DNA of 64,000 nucleotides, taken from positions 15,686,001-15,750,000 of the forward strand of contig CM060731.1 in NCBI GenBank assembly GCA_030704615.1. Reading direction: 5' to 3'. Each line of letters starts with the position of its first letter. Position 1 is the stretch's first letter. The position numbers and the translations under genes are program-made. Positions 53,301-64,000 of the stretch are shown here, in pieces. Source of the DNA: Takakia lepidozioides (taxonomy: Eukaryota; Plantae; Bryophyta). The notes beneath the pieces are model-generated. The model was not told the DNA's origin and ran no database searches. It saw only the letters and a program-made list of their open reading frames with translations.

Positions 53301-55355
53301 CTTCGCTGTCTGTGTTTCCACCAGAGACTTATAGATCTTGAACTTGTCTAAAGCTTCACTTTTATTCTTCAGAAAATAAACTAGTGTTCTTCTAGACAAA
53401 TCATCTATGAATGTCATAAAGTATTTTGCTCCTCCAATTGATATTGTTTGCATGGGGCCACAAACGTCTGAATGTACCAACTCCAACAACTCCACGGCAC
53501 GACTTCCTCCTCCTTTAGGAAATAAATGCCTATGTTGTTTGCCAAATATGCACTCTTTGCAAAAAGAGGTTCCAACTGAGCAATCAATATTGAAATCTTG
53601 AACCATGTTCTTAGAATGCATTAGACGTAGAGTTTTAATACTGAGATGGGCCAGCCTACGATGCCAAAGATCAACTCTTCTATCTTTTACGATTAAGGCA
53701 TTTTCAGACGCTTTATCTTGAGGTAAGACTGAAGAAGCACACAACTTATACAAGTTACCTTCTCTCATCCCTTTCGCCACCACATCTCCATCTGTTGTCT
53801 TCAAAAGACAATAATTAGCATGAAACTCAAGTTGTAATCCAGAGTCAGTAACTTTACTCACTGACAATAAATTCTTGGTCAATCCTGGAACAAATAACAC
53901 ATCATCTATATACTTCTTTCTTCCTTCTTGCATAAAACAACCCTGGCCTTGACCCTGAATTATGTGACCACTGTCGTCTCCTAAGTAAATGTTCCGAACA
54001 AGATCCCATTGTTTGTACTTTACAAACAGATCTTTGTTAGAGGTCATATGTTGAGAAGCCCCCGAGTCAATATACCAGTCATCAAGATCATTTGAGAAAG
54101 AAGTAGAGAGAGCTGTAACAAATAGTTTCTTACAATCAATACTATCAGCATCCTCCACTGAGTGAGCTTGGGTCTTTCCATCTCCCTTCGTCATCTGCCC
54201 ATCTGTCATTCTCTTCCTACATTGCTTCGCCATGTGACCGACTTTCTTGCAATAAAAGCATTTACCTTAAATTCTTTTATCGTAGGTGTAAGAGAACTAT
54301 TTGACAAACTATTTGACGACCCTTTTGTTGGTGTACTACTAAGACTCATATTGTTATTTTTATTTGTTTCTGAGGCTCATTTCTTTTTATTAAGACCTGA
54401 TTTCCTTCCAGCAAATAAAGCAACACTCTCGGTTGTCCCAACCCCGAAATCTCTTCGCCTCATCTCTTCTTGTAGTAGCATTCCAGTTAGCCTTTCTATA
54501 GTTAACGCTTGCTGACTACTAGGAGAAATGACTAGGCTATCAAAAGATTCTGGTAGACTACCTAATAAGGTGACTACCTGATTGTCTGCAGACATAGGAA
54601 ACCCTACCCCTGCCAATTGATCGATTAATGATCTAAACTTACTAACATGCTCTGCTACAGATTCTGATTCAGACATTTTTAAACGGAGCAGTCGTCTTCT
54701 TAAATAAAGCTTAGAAGTGATATCTTTCGTTTCAAATACTGTCACTAAATGATCCCACGCTGCCTTAGATGTTGTAGCCTGACTGACATGCAAAAGCTGA
54801 GAATCTCTTAAGTTTAATGGGATTGATGCAAGTGCTTTTCCATCTCTCTTTTCCCACTCTTTCACAGCATTTTGGTCTGTAGCAGCAGGCTTCGCTTCAG
54901 TCCCGTCTACTATGGACCAAAGATCTCTATCTAATAATAGCATTCGAATCTTAAGCTTCCAAATATGGAAATTTTCTCCATCAAACGTATCTATTAAACG
55001 GAGTTTTCCCGAGTTCCTGACTACTCCAGCCATGCTTACGAATTGATCTAGTTCTCTCTTAGAAACGACATTGTCTTTCCGCCTTGCTCTCTAAGTGGCT
55101 CTGATACCATGTCACAGTTCCTAAAATCCCATAGACTTGACAAGACAAGACAATGACAACAGGAGAGAGATAGAACGCTTTCACGGAGCATAACATTAAG
55201 ACATGATCACAATACAAGCAGGAATATCTGCCTTGATGCCAACTGACATCTGAAACCCGTGTACCAACCAACATAACAAATAACTACTTAGAACTGCTTA
55301 GAATTGACTAGTAACGTTCAGGTACCATAGGGTGTGACGCTTCATATCATTAACA
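50305..55355 (-). mobile_element. Full-length Ty1/copia LTR retrotransposon (5051 bp), inactivated
   Basis: LTRs 55110-55355 and 50305-50551 (TG..CA), 5-bp TSD GAAAG on both sides, PBS TGGTATCAGAGC (55098-55109), and a PPT next to 50551. Domain order gag-PR-INT-RT-RNaseH. Confidence 0.98.
50571..55033 (-). pseudogene. Copia gag-pol polyprotein with stops, frameshifts and an insertion
   Basis: gag FDGENFHIWK and LLGSLPESF; PR WYIDSGAS; GAG-pre-integrase LWHRRLAH; INT LVHSDVCGP and LRSDNGGEY; RT LYVDD; RNaseH GYCDADWA and KHIEIQHHFIRE. Confidence 0.95.
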
Positions 55356-56027
55356 GAAAGCTGGAAAAAAAGAACACCGAGGCACTACATGCCCCAGTTG
55401 AATCACATGCTTATATTTGCCCTTTGCCTGTACTGAAGGAAATGTCAACATCCTACCAGATATGGTGTCCTCACTACTGAAAAAAGAACATTTGGAGCAC
55501 AAACCCTGCCATCTCCATAACATAGTGGATTCATTTTTTGGACAAGAACAGTATAAGCCAGCAGGTCCTTAAGGACTTAGACAGTAGTAGTCCGGCGGAG
55601 TGCAGCTTTCTTTACCAACACACTCAATCCATCCAAAGAAGGGAGATTTCTCTTTGACCAATTCAGTGTAAATCTGACCAAATTCAGCGTGCAATCGGAT
55701 AATTGACAATCAGTTCTTTTCTTTCAGCACCAAAAAATTGTGCCATTGGAAACTTTAGCCTAAGCAATAAACATTTACACAGGGAGGCTATATAAGTCTC
55801 TTGCTGGATATGCAACCAAGAGACAGCCAATCAAAGAATTGAATACTAAGGCCATACATCCAGTTTTTTGTTAAGTATGCCCCTTGGCTACTGACGTGTA
55901 TAGTTGGCACTGAAAAATCCAACTCTTGAATGGAATCAGCCTTGTGGACATTTTCTGATACGTTGTCCGGGGTATTCTCATCAGAGAGTGACCCTCTTCA
56001 GGACCATCAAGAACATAGTCCCTGCAC

Positions 56028-56409
56028 CTTAACGAACTTTCAAAATCTTGAGGCTGAGCCTAAAACCTGGCCCTGTTGCGGTCTAATTGCTGGGCAGCTC
56101 ACACATTGATGCTTGTGAAAAGGGATTTATAGAGGAAATCTGGAAAGCCAAGCTTAGTCCCACTACTGGAGTGAGCCCTCAAAAAGATAGTATCTGTTCC
56201 CTCTTGTTCCGCCCAAACTGAACCAGGGATCTATGGCCACAAGGCTATGGCAAACAAGGTCTTGGGAGTACATTCTCTCTCTCTCACACTCTTTTCTCTG
56301 ACTCTGGTTTCCTGTTTTCTCTCATGTTTTTCTTTCCATTTTGTCCCATAAGCTCTAAGAGCTTTCCGCGGGCGTTACAAAGTACCATTTTATTTCATTT
56401 CTCTCTCTC
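56028..56409 (+). mobile_element. Older copies of both LINE 3' ends (family 2 at 56028-56273, family 1 at about 56318-56400), each followed by (CT)n
   Basis: GAGGCTGAGCC..ATTGATGCTTGTG..ATGGCCACAAGGCTA.GGCAAACAA.GTCTT..GAGTACA and TTCCATTTTGTCCCATAAGCTCTA.GAGCTTTCCGC match the 43400-43663 and 42980-43067 segments respectively. Confidence 0.8.
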
Positions 56410-56764
56410 ACACACTGTGTTTCTCTTTTTTGGCAGGTACATTAATGCATCTCTTTTGATTTGGAATGTCATATTCCTTGTGAAGGGATGAATCAGAAGG
56501 GATACCCTTCTATTGTCCACCGTGGATACATATGGCCAGCAGAATGTTTCTTTGTATTACCAGATACCAGTCATATTCGCTGAAAGGCTGGTCTCTGTAC
56601 ATTACAATTTCAAATAAATTTGTAATTTGTTTGATACCCTGCGGAGGTTGCAGAAAAAATTTCAAACTCAAAAAGTTGGAACACTCCGATCCTGTCTGCA
56701 AATGCCATGAAGTGACCTGAGGGTAGGATGCAGTTAGGAACATGATTCATCAGATCCGAGCATG

Positions 56765-57455
56765 TTTTTATTTTTTATATTTAAATTAAAGAAACCTGGG
56801 AGCGACTGCTGAGTCACAATTCAGGCCCTTGAGGAGGGGGAAAAAATAACCCCCTTTCAGATAAGCCATTGGCCACACAGGAGGGAAAAGTCACCCCCAT
56901 ACCAACCGGTCTCGAAACAACATGTTTTTATTATGAGTAAAAAGGACTGTTCCTACAATGTTTTCCAGAATAATATGGTTTAACCACTAGTCAGTAGCTC
57001 AGATGGATATGAGTGCCGGTTGGGTGATTTGGGATTCAAATCTTGCTACCTTCTCATGTGTTCTCGGCGGATCGTGGCCTTGCTCATGGCTGATAAAGGG
57101 ATAAAAATATTGCATGATTACTTTGAAAGTGGTTTTCGTTTTCTCTTCTTCACTAAAATTAAGGGACCTGATTTGTGACTGGTCGACCCAACCGGGTGTT
57201 TCCCCTTAATTATTATTTGAATTTTTTTTAAAAGGGAAACATATGGGAGCGACAGCTCACAAATCAGGCCCCTTACTAGTGAGAGGAGAAAATAACCTCT
57301 TTCACAGTAACCTCGCCATGAAGGGTGAGAAATGGGACACCGCCCAGGGAATGGGGAGAAGAGTATACCACACCCGTCAAGTAGCAGGATCTGACCCCAG
57401 AATTATCTGGGTGGCACTCAATGCACTATCCAACTGAGCTACTGACTGTTGGTAT
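56765..57455. mobile_element. Cluster of three related tRNA-derived SINEs (about 56765-56900 -, 56983-57215 +, 57220-57455 -)
   Basis: A-box CAGTAGCTCAG(A/T)TGGATA, B-box-like GGATTCAAATC / GGGTCAGATCC, a shared 3' body AAGGG.CCTGA.TTGTGA, and A/T-rich tails. Confidence 0.7.
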
Positions 57456-58202
57456 AAATATAAATATATGGTTTAACTGAGTATTTCCTTAAGATTTTCC
57501 TGCATATGGCCTGGTCACAAATGTTTAGAACTTAATGCTCAAGCATTTCTGGATCCCACAACATGATAATCTTGGTTAAAGGGTGCTATCCGCACTCTAA
57601 GGCCTCACTTGGCTATTTCGTCCAAGTCCCTTTCAATGCATTTCCAAGGCCTTCATCCCCAGTTTTATTTTTCTCTCTCACTTTGCAGTTGAAGACAGAT
57701 CCGCTAGTGAGTTATTGAGATTTTAGAGGGTGGAGGACCCCTTCAAATTGATCTCTCTAATAATTAACAACTACCCTAACTGCTGTCCCCCTTCCAAAAG
57801 GAAAGGCTACCCCTTGGGGATGAAGTGAGACCTCAATACTTTTTGATTCCGCTCCATACTTCTTCCCTACTTCTTCCTTGGCTACTGTAACTGCTGTTGA
57901 GACGTCAGCTTCTTTTAAAATACATAGTTCCATATTTAAATAACCAAGGTCAGGGCGAACTCCTGCAAGAAGCACCATCTATCGCAGGGAAGGGAACACC
58001 ACCACAGTATTTTAACACTTGTGATAGGTCCTCTGTAGGGTCCTCAAATATTCAATGGGCGGAGTGGCTGGGTGCTCCACTGGGCAATGTGACGGTACGG
58101 GGTCGATAAGATGGGAGACAATGACTCTGATATTTAGTGGGAAGCGGTGGAGACCCTGCCACATCAATTATTTGTCTCAAATGTCCATTCACAAGTGGTG
58201 TT

Positions 58203-59299
58203 TTGTCCAATTCGGAATGCGAATTCATAAAATAAACTAGAGGCAACTGGGCAGGTTGGGGAATCTATTTTCTTTGCATGCAGTTTGGATGAAGACCTCT
58301 AACTTCCGTCTTGTCCAATTCGGAGTGCGATTTCATAAAATAAACTAGAGGCAACTGGGCAGGTTGGGGAATCTATTTTCTTTGCATGCAGTTTGGATAG
58401 AGACCTCTAACTTCCGGCTTGTCTAATTCGGAGTGCGATTTCATAAAATAAACTATCTAGAGGCAACTGGGCAGGTTGGGGAATCTATTTTCTTTGCATG
58501 CAGTTTGGATAGAGACCTCTAACTTCCGGCTTGTCCAATTCGGAGTGCGATTTCATAAAATAAACTATCTAGAGGCAACTGGGCAGGTTGGGGAATCTAT
58601 TTTCTTTGCATGCAGTTTGGATAGAGACCTCTAACTTCCGGCTTGTCCAATTCGGAGTGCGATTTCATAAAATAAACTAGAGGCAACTTGGCAGGTTGGG
58701 GAATCTATTTTCTTTGCATGCAGTTTGGATGAAGACCTCTAACTTCCGTCTTGTCCAATTCGGAGTGCGATTTCATAAAATAAACTAGAGGCAACTTGGC
58801 AGGTTGGGGAATCTATTTTCTTTGCATGCAGTTTGGATGAAGACCTCTAACTTCCGTCTTGTCCAATTCGGAGTGCGATTTCATAAAATAAACTAGAGGC
58901 AACTTGGCAGGTTGGGGAATCTATTTTCTTTGCATGCAGTTTGGATGGAGACCTCTAACTTCCGGCTTGTCTAATTCGGAGTGCGATTTCATAAAATAAA
59001 CTATCTAGAGGCAACTGGGCAGGTTGGGGAATCTATTTTCTTTGCATGCAGTTTGGATAGAGACCTCTAACTTCCGGCTTGTCTAATTCGGAGTGCGATT
59101 TCATAAAATAAACTATCTAGAGGCAACTGGGCAGGTTGGGGAATCTATTTTCTTTGCATGCAGTTTGGATAGAGACCTCTAACTTCCGGCTTGTCTAATT
59201 CGGAGTGCGATTTCATAAAATAAACTATCTAGAGGCAACTGGGCAGGTTGGGGAATCTATTTTCTTTGCATGCAGTTTGGATAGAGACCTCTAACTTCC
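58203..59299. repeat. Homogeneous minisatellite, 10 units of 108 or 112 bp
   Basis: AGGCAACT recurs at 58241, 58349, 58461, 58573, 58681, 58789, 58897, 59009, 59121 and 59233. Units differ by a 4-bp insertion and a few SNPs. Confidence 0.97.
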
Positions 59300-59948
59300 T
59301 ACAATTTGCGATTAGCTCAACCATGACGCACAATAAAAACTTCATCCACTCCAAATAAAAAATGAGCTCTTCAAAACTTGACAAGTGCTGTCGGGAGCCC
59401 ATTGAGTGACTGATGATCTGTGGCAGCCTATGTCTGTAATCTTTGAAATTACAAGCCAGTAATTTGTGTGTGAAATCTATGTACATGAATTACATGCGTC
59501 TTTCCAACAAAATTTGTTGAGAATTTGACGCGCTAACAAACATAAGAGTTATCCCACGCTGACTCTTCAAGCATTTTGAAGTTGCTACACTTAGACCCTC
59601 CTTTCATGCGCACAATCTACAAGCCACTAATCCACAACAGCAGGACTAATTTTTAAGCTTTGAACAAAATTTCAGTGTTGCTCGGGAGGTGACTGAGGAA
59701 GAGTATTTTCAAATCCAGGACAGATCTGTTCAAACCCCCAGTGACAAATCCTCAAGTAAAATTCGCACAGATTTTTCGATATTCGAATGAGCCACTTGCT
59801 TAAATTGAGCGGCAGCTCTTTGGATCTGTGTCTCTCTCTCTCCGGGGCGCTTTGTTTGTCATCTGCCACACTTCTGAGATCGGGATTTGTAGGTGCAGCA
59901 TTGTGTACTCATTCGGTAGTCTCGTTTTCTCTCAGACTCTGTAGCAAC

Positions 59949-60434
59949 ATGAATGCACCTGACAACGATCAGGTGTTGCCCAATTTGCTTCTGGCGATGG
60001 TAGTCGATTGCCAGGTGATGGAATTCCGAAGAGTATCAAGAATTTGGAGCGAGATCATAGCAACATTTGAGTTTGTTGATTACTATAGATTTGCGGGAAC
60101 CAGCGATGCGCAGGAGGCCACCGGGTTGAGGAGGGTGGAGAAGATGATGCTTTCATTTATGAATAAAGCGTCTGGGGACTGGAAGGGGAGAACTATGACT
60201 CTCCCACCTGTATCAGACATGCAGGAAGCCGCAAGTACCTCCGAGACTGTGTATACAGGGATGGACTCTAGCACCTCAGATCAGATCTTATCGGAGTTAT
60301 TGTTGGAGCTGGAGGCTGAAGACTTGGAGTGGGTATTAGAGGAGGTTCTTAGATCATCCTCTGAGACTGTAGATCAGGGTATTGATTACCCTTGTGCAAA
60401 CGGCCACGCCTCATGGCCACGCCCCCATGTATGA
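59949..60434 (+). CDS. Short F-box-like ORF (161 aa from ATG 59949); degenerate, possibly a pseudogene
   Basis: LPNLLLAMVV..VMEFRRVSRIWSEII resembles an F-box with a deletion. The paralogous copy near 63495-63585 reads LPLKKLMQFRSVSKLCSKII, a clearer F-box signature. Confidence 0.55.
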   Translation: MNAPDNDQVLPNLLLAMVVDCQVMEFRRVSRIWSEIIATFEFVDYYRFAGTSDAQEATGLRRVEKMMLSFMNKASGDWKGRTMTLPPVSDMQEAASTSETVYTGMDSSTSDQILSELLLELEAEDLEWVLEEVLRSSSETVDQGIDYPCANGHASWPRPHV

Positions 60435-61493
60435 TCAATGGTAATCCAAATCGACCGGTATCAGGACAACTTAGATGTTGAAGATGTCCAACGGAGACTT
60501 CACTGCTGGATGGGAAGTCCTGTTGTAGAAGAAGCTTATAACCGACCAGTATACCTGCTGATTTAAGATTTGTACTCTTCTATGTAATCACAGATTAGGC
60601 CGGATGCCTACTGCTAGAGGTCTTCCTCTTCCAATTTACTTTTCTATTATGCCCTCTGGGCCTCCTGGGGATGTCCTAAATTTCTTGACATTTACTTGGA
60701 AGCTAAGTTATGACACAATCGGGTTTATGGCCAGGGGTGGCACTGCAGTGAGTTGTAGTCAGAGGGAAAGCCTCAAGCTTGAAGCCAGTGAGCTAATTAA
60801 TATGAGGCTCTCAATGTCGCCTTACATCAAATCCTGGTGATAAGATGTGTGATATGTGTCCTTCGACTGGAAGGGTGAACCTGAATTATAATATACCTAT
60901 GATTGTCGTGTAGGAATTACACAACGGCTACGTTTAGAACTCTGCAAATCCGGTGTAAATGTATGTGGCCAAGTATCAAGATGTACTCTTTCCAGTGTTG
61001 TATTGTAAGATTTCTGACTGTTAGACATGGTGGAACGATTCTAGATGATCAAGTGATATATAGTTTGTGCAATGCAATGGTGGTTTGATGGACTGTTTGG
61101 TGCAGGTACCCTGGACACGATTTGGGCCTCTTGAGGACATAGCCCTGAGGCATGCTCAGTTCCATCCTCTGTATCCATGGACCTCATCCGAAATTGAGGG
61201 TGACTCAAATCCTTAAGTACTAAGATGTCCAACGGAGACTTCACTGCAAGTTAATAACAGCCCATAGCCAATGCCTCTTGTGTGCAGACTTTGTTTGAAT
61301 AAACTAGAGGAATCAGATTATTGTTGCCTCACTCTGTCGTCCTCGGGGTTATCTATTTCTGACAGAATTATCTCCATGAATGCTCCTTTATATTGCTGTA
61401 AAACTTTACCTCCGCACACTGCACACTGCAAGCTCACAAAAACAACCACCATGAAGGCCTAAGCCATCAAGAAAGAAACAGTCAGCAGCAACT

Positions 61494-63822
61494 AAGCCTT
61501 CCCCCAAAGATGGGAGACAACCAAGGATGCCATTCTGGTGGCGTTTTCTCTGATACAGGTGGGGGAGTCATAACTGTCCCCTTCCAGTCCCCCATAAGGG
61601 CTTTACTCCTAAATCAAACAATCGTCTTCCCCACCCTCCGGAACCCAGTGGCATCCCTGCTTGCCACAAGACTATTGTAAATGTAACTTTTAAGCAAGAT
61701 CATAGCAACATTTGAGTTTATTGATTACTATTAGTGATCAATGAACCCAAAAGTTGCTATGATCTTGCTGCAAAGTTTGGATACCGAACGGAATTGCATC
61801 AGCTTCTTCAGTGGCAATCAGCGTAGCAACATGAATGCAGCCTCTGACAACGAAGGAAATTGGGCAGCACCGGATCGTTGTCAGAGTCTGCATGCATGTT
61901 GCTACGCTGATCGCCATAGCAAATTGGGGACACAGAGTCTCAAAGCAAAGGAGAGGCTACCGTATGAGTACACACTGCTGCTGTGCAACTTGATCCACGC
62001 ACTATATAAGAATCAGGGACCCCTCTTTTTTTCAAAAAACAAAAAAAGTTTCTAGAAGCATAAATATATATAATAATATATAGAATCGAGTTTCAGGGTC
62101 GAATCTTGGTAATATCCCCATCCGACTATCTCGGCCCTCTATTTCTTTTTTTCCTAATATTCGAAATTCAGTACATGGTTTATAAAGGTGGTAAGTGCAC
62201 AGTGTGTCACCTTGGTGGTTCGGGGCTCAAATCCCCTGCCCAGCCCCGTGTGTGGATTGTTCATGGCGGTATGCCTTTGTCCTGTAGGTCTCGTGGCCCA
62301 TAAATGAAAGGGGGTTAATTTCCCCCCTCCTCAAGGGCCTGGATTGTGGGCTCCCAGGTTCACTTCACTAAAAAATAAAATAAAAATCTATTTGTCCCAA
62401 ATTTCAAAATCCCAAAATCTCTACCTTATCCCAAATTACTACTTTACCCAGTATTGTTGATTTTGATGTGTAATGGGTCTTCATCCACAAATAAGAATGG
62501 ATGATATTAGAATGATTCATCTAAGGCCCCCGGCCGCACTGCCTGATTTAGCCGTGGCTAAGTGGAGTTTAGTCACGGCTATGTTTGTTTAGCTGCCGCA
62601 CTAGGCAGTTTAGCCGTGGCTAAATCGTAGCCACAGCTAGCCCGGCTAAACTACGCCAACTAATTGTCCCCACTTTTAACCCTTGCCCATCCCCACGTAA
62701 TACAGTTAGCACGCGTGGGCAGAAGGACGAAATTTTCACCTCCCCGTTGTACCTCCTCTTCCTCACTCCTCTCTTCTCCCCTTCTCCTCGCGAAACTCGA
62801 GTCACGCGAGGAGGACGACCTGACTTCAATGTGGGTACAAGAATTTCATCTCGGCCACCACGACACTACTTACAGCTAACCGTTAAGAGTTTCCCCCTCC
62901 CCTAGCAAGTCTTGCCCGATCATGAGAAGCAGGCGGCAGTGAGAGGTGGCAAAATTTGCTGATGTGTGCGTATTGAAATCAAAATCCAAAGATAGAAATC
63001 GTTTTGGGTTTTTGACCCAAATCACCGATTTTTGTGTGGAGGCTGATCACTCGTGTGCAGAAGACCGTATGTGTTGTTTCTGAGGTGATTTCCTGAAATG
63101 CATGAACAGCGCCGCTGGGCTTCTGAGCTGCAATCTGGAAGAACAGTATGGTCGAATATTAGGAAAAAAAGAAATAGAGGGCCGAGATAGTCGGATGGGG
63201 ATATTACCAAGATTCGACCCTGAAACTCGATTCTATATATTATTATATATATTTATGCTTCTAGAAACTTTTTTTGTTTTTTGAAAAAAAGAGGGGTCCC
63301 TGATTCTTATATAGTGCGTGGATCAAGTTGCACAGCAGCAGTGTGTACTCATACGGTAGCCTCTCCTTTGCTTTGAGACTCTGTGTCCCCAATTTGCTAT
63401 GGCGATCAGCGTAGCAACATGCATGCAGACTCTGACAACGATCCGGTGCTGCCCAATTTCCTTCGTTGTCAGAGGCTGCATTCATGTTGCTACGCTGATT
63501 GCCACTGAAGAAGCTGATGCAATTCCGTTCGGTATCCAAACTTTGCAGCAAGATCATAGCAACTTTTGGGTTCATTGATCACTAATAGTAATCAATAAAC
63601 TCAAATGTTGCTATGATCTTGCTTAAAAGTTACATTTACAATAGTCTTGTGGCAAGCAGGGATGCCACTGGGTTCCGGAGGGTGGGGAAGACGATTGTTT
63701 GATTTAGGAGTAAAGCCCTTATGGGGGACTGGAAGGGGACAGTTATGACTCCCCCACCTGTATCAGAGAAAACGCCACCAGAATGGCATCCTTGGTTGTC
63801 TCCCATCTTTGGGGGAAGGCTT
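61494..63822. repeat. Large inverted repeat: 671-bp arms (61494-62164 and 63152-63822) with a 987-bp spacer; the arms are F-box-like pseudogene copies
   Basis: The arms are reverse complements (identical 104-aa ORFs at 61741-62055 + and 63261-63575 -; both end pairs sum to 125316). Arm sequence 63340-63770 aligns by eye to 59900-60220. Confidence 0.95.
62525..62660 (+). mobile_element. Single PIF/Harbinger-like terminus
   Basis: TAA followed by GGCCCCCGGCCGCACTG and repeated TTTAGCCGTGGCTAA subterminal motifs. No matching second end was seen. Confidence 0.5.
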
Positions 63823-64000
63823 GGTTCCGTTTCTGTGTGTTTGGATTAGCACTGCTGCTCCTTTGCTTAGTGCGCTCCAGAATGGCATCCTTGGTTGTCT
63901 CCCATCTTTGGGGGAAGGCTTGCTTCTGTTTCTGTGTGTTTTGGATTAGCACTGCTGCTCCTTTGCTTATAAGTGCGCTCCAGAATGGCATCCTTGGTTT
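63778..64000. repeat. Tandem repeat of about 99-103 bp running off the window end
   Basis: CCAGAATGGCATCCTTGGTT starts at about 63778, 63877 and 63980. Confidence 0.9.

Noticed and set aside
58203-59299. CRISPR-like regular array
   Set aside because: Whole units repeat with no unique spacers, the context is eukaryotic, and there are no cas genes.
59787-59948. N-terminal extension of the 215-aa ORF
   Set aside because: It reads through CT-rich UTR-like sequence; the F-box-like region and the paralog's ATG align with 59949.
61845-61865. TGACAACGA resemblance to miR535
   Set aside because: Only 9 nt match, and the sequence is explained by the F-box-like gene (DND codons).
61741-62055. 104-aa ORF present twice (also 63261-63575) as a duplicated gene
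   Set aside because: It is the antisense reading of an F-box-like pseudogene within the IR arms and has no recognisable domain.

Overview
Eukaryotic land-plant nuclear DNA, probably a non-seed plant such as a lycophyte or fern (inference from the PLS-PPR debris and LINE types). It is repeat-rich with spliced genes. Two genes look intact: a 14-exon Rubisco-LSMT-type SET-domain gene (19366-24785, +) and a 6-exon AIFM2/FSP1-like FAD/NAD(P) oxidoreductase (44376-48143, +). The rest is mostly pseudogenes and mobile DNA: a long-TIR element carrying a pectate lyase exon, a decayed NYN+2xLOTUS gene, hAT and Tourist MITEs with TSDs, LINE and SINE remnants, a full-length Ty1/copia element with TSD, and several tandem arrays. 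Two things stand out. (1) About 27.6-40.5 kb holds at least three decayed copies of a gene family in which OSB-type ssDNA-binding PDF motifs (W..FF.DPSQWWDNR..K / PRSPDYKHK..SLWIN.Y.KP.W) sit N-terminal to PLS-class PPR arrays. They are interleaved with captured LeuRS and DUF2921 fragments. (2) An F-box-like gene at 59949 is followed by a 671-bp-arm inverted repeat built from paralogous copies of that gene. Each arm contains two nested miRNA-sized foldbacks of F-box coding sequence, making this a candidate nascent small-RNA silencing locus. All calls are by eye, with no database searches.
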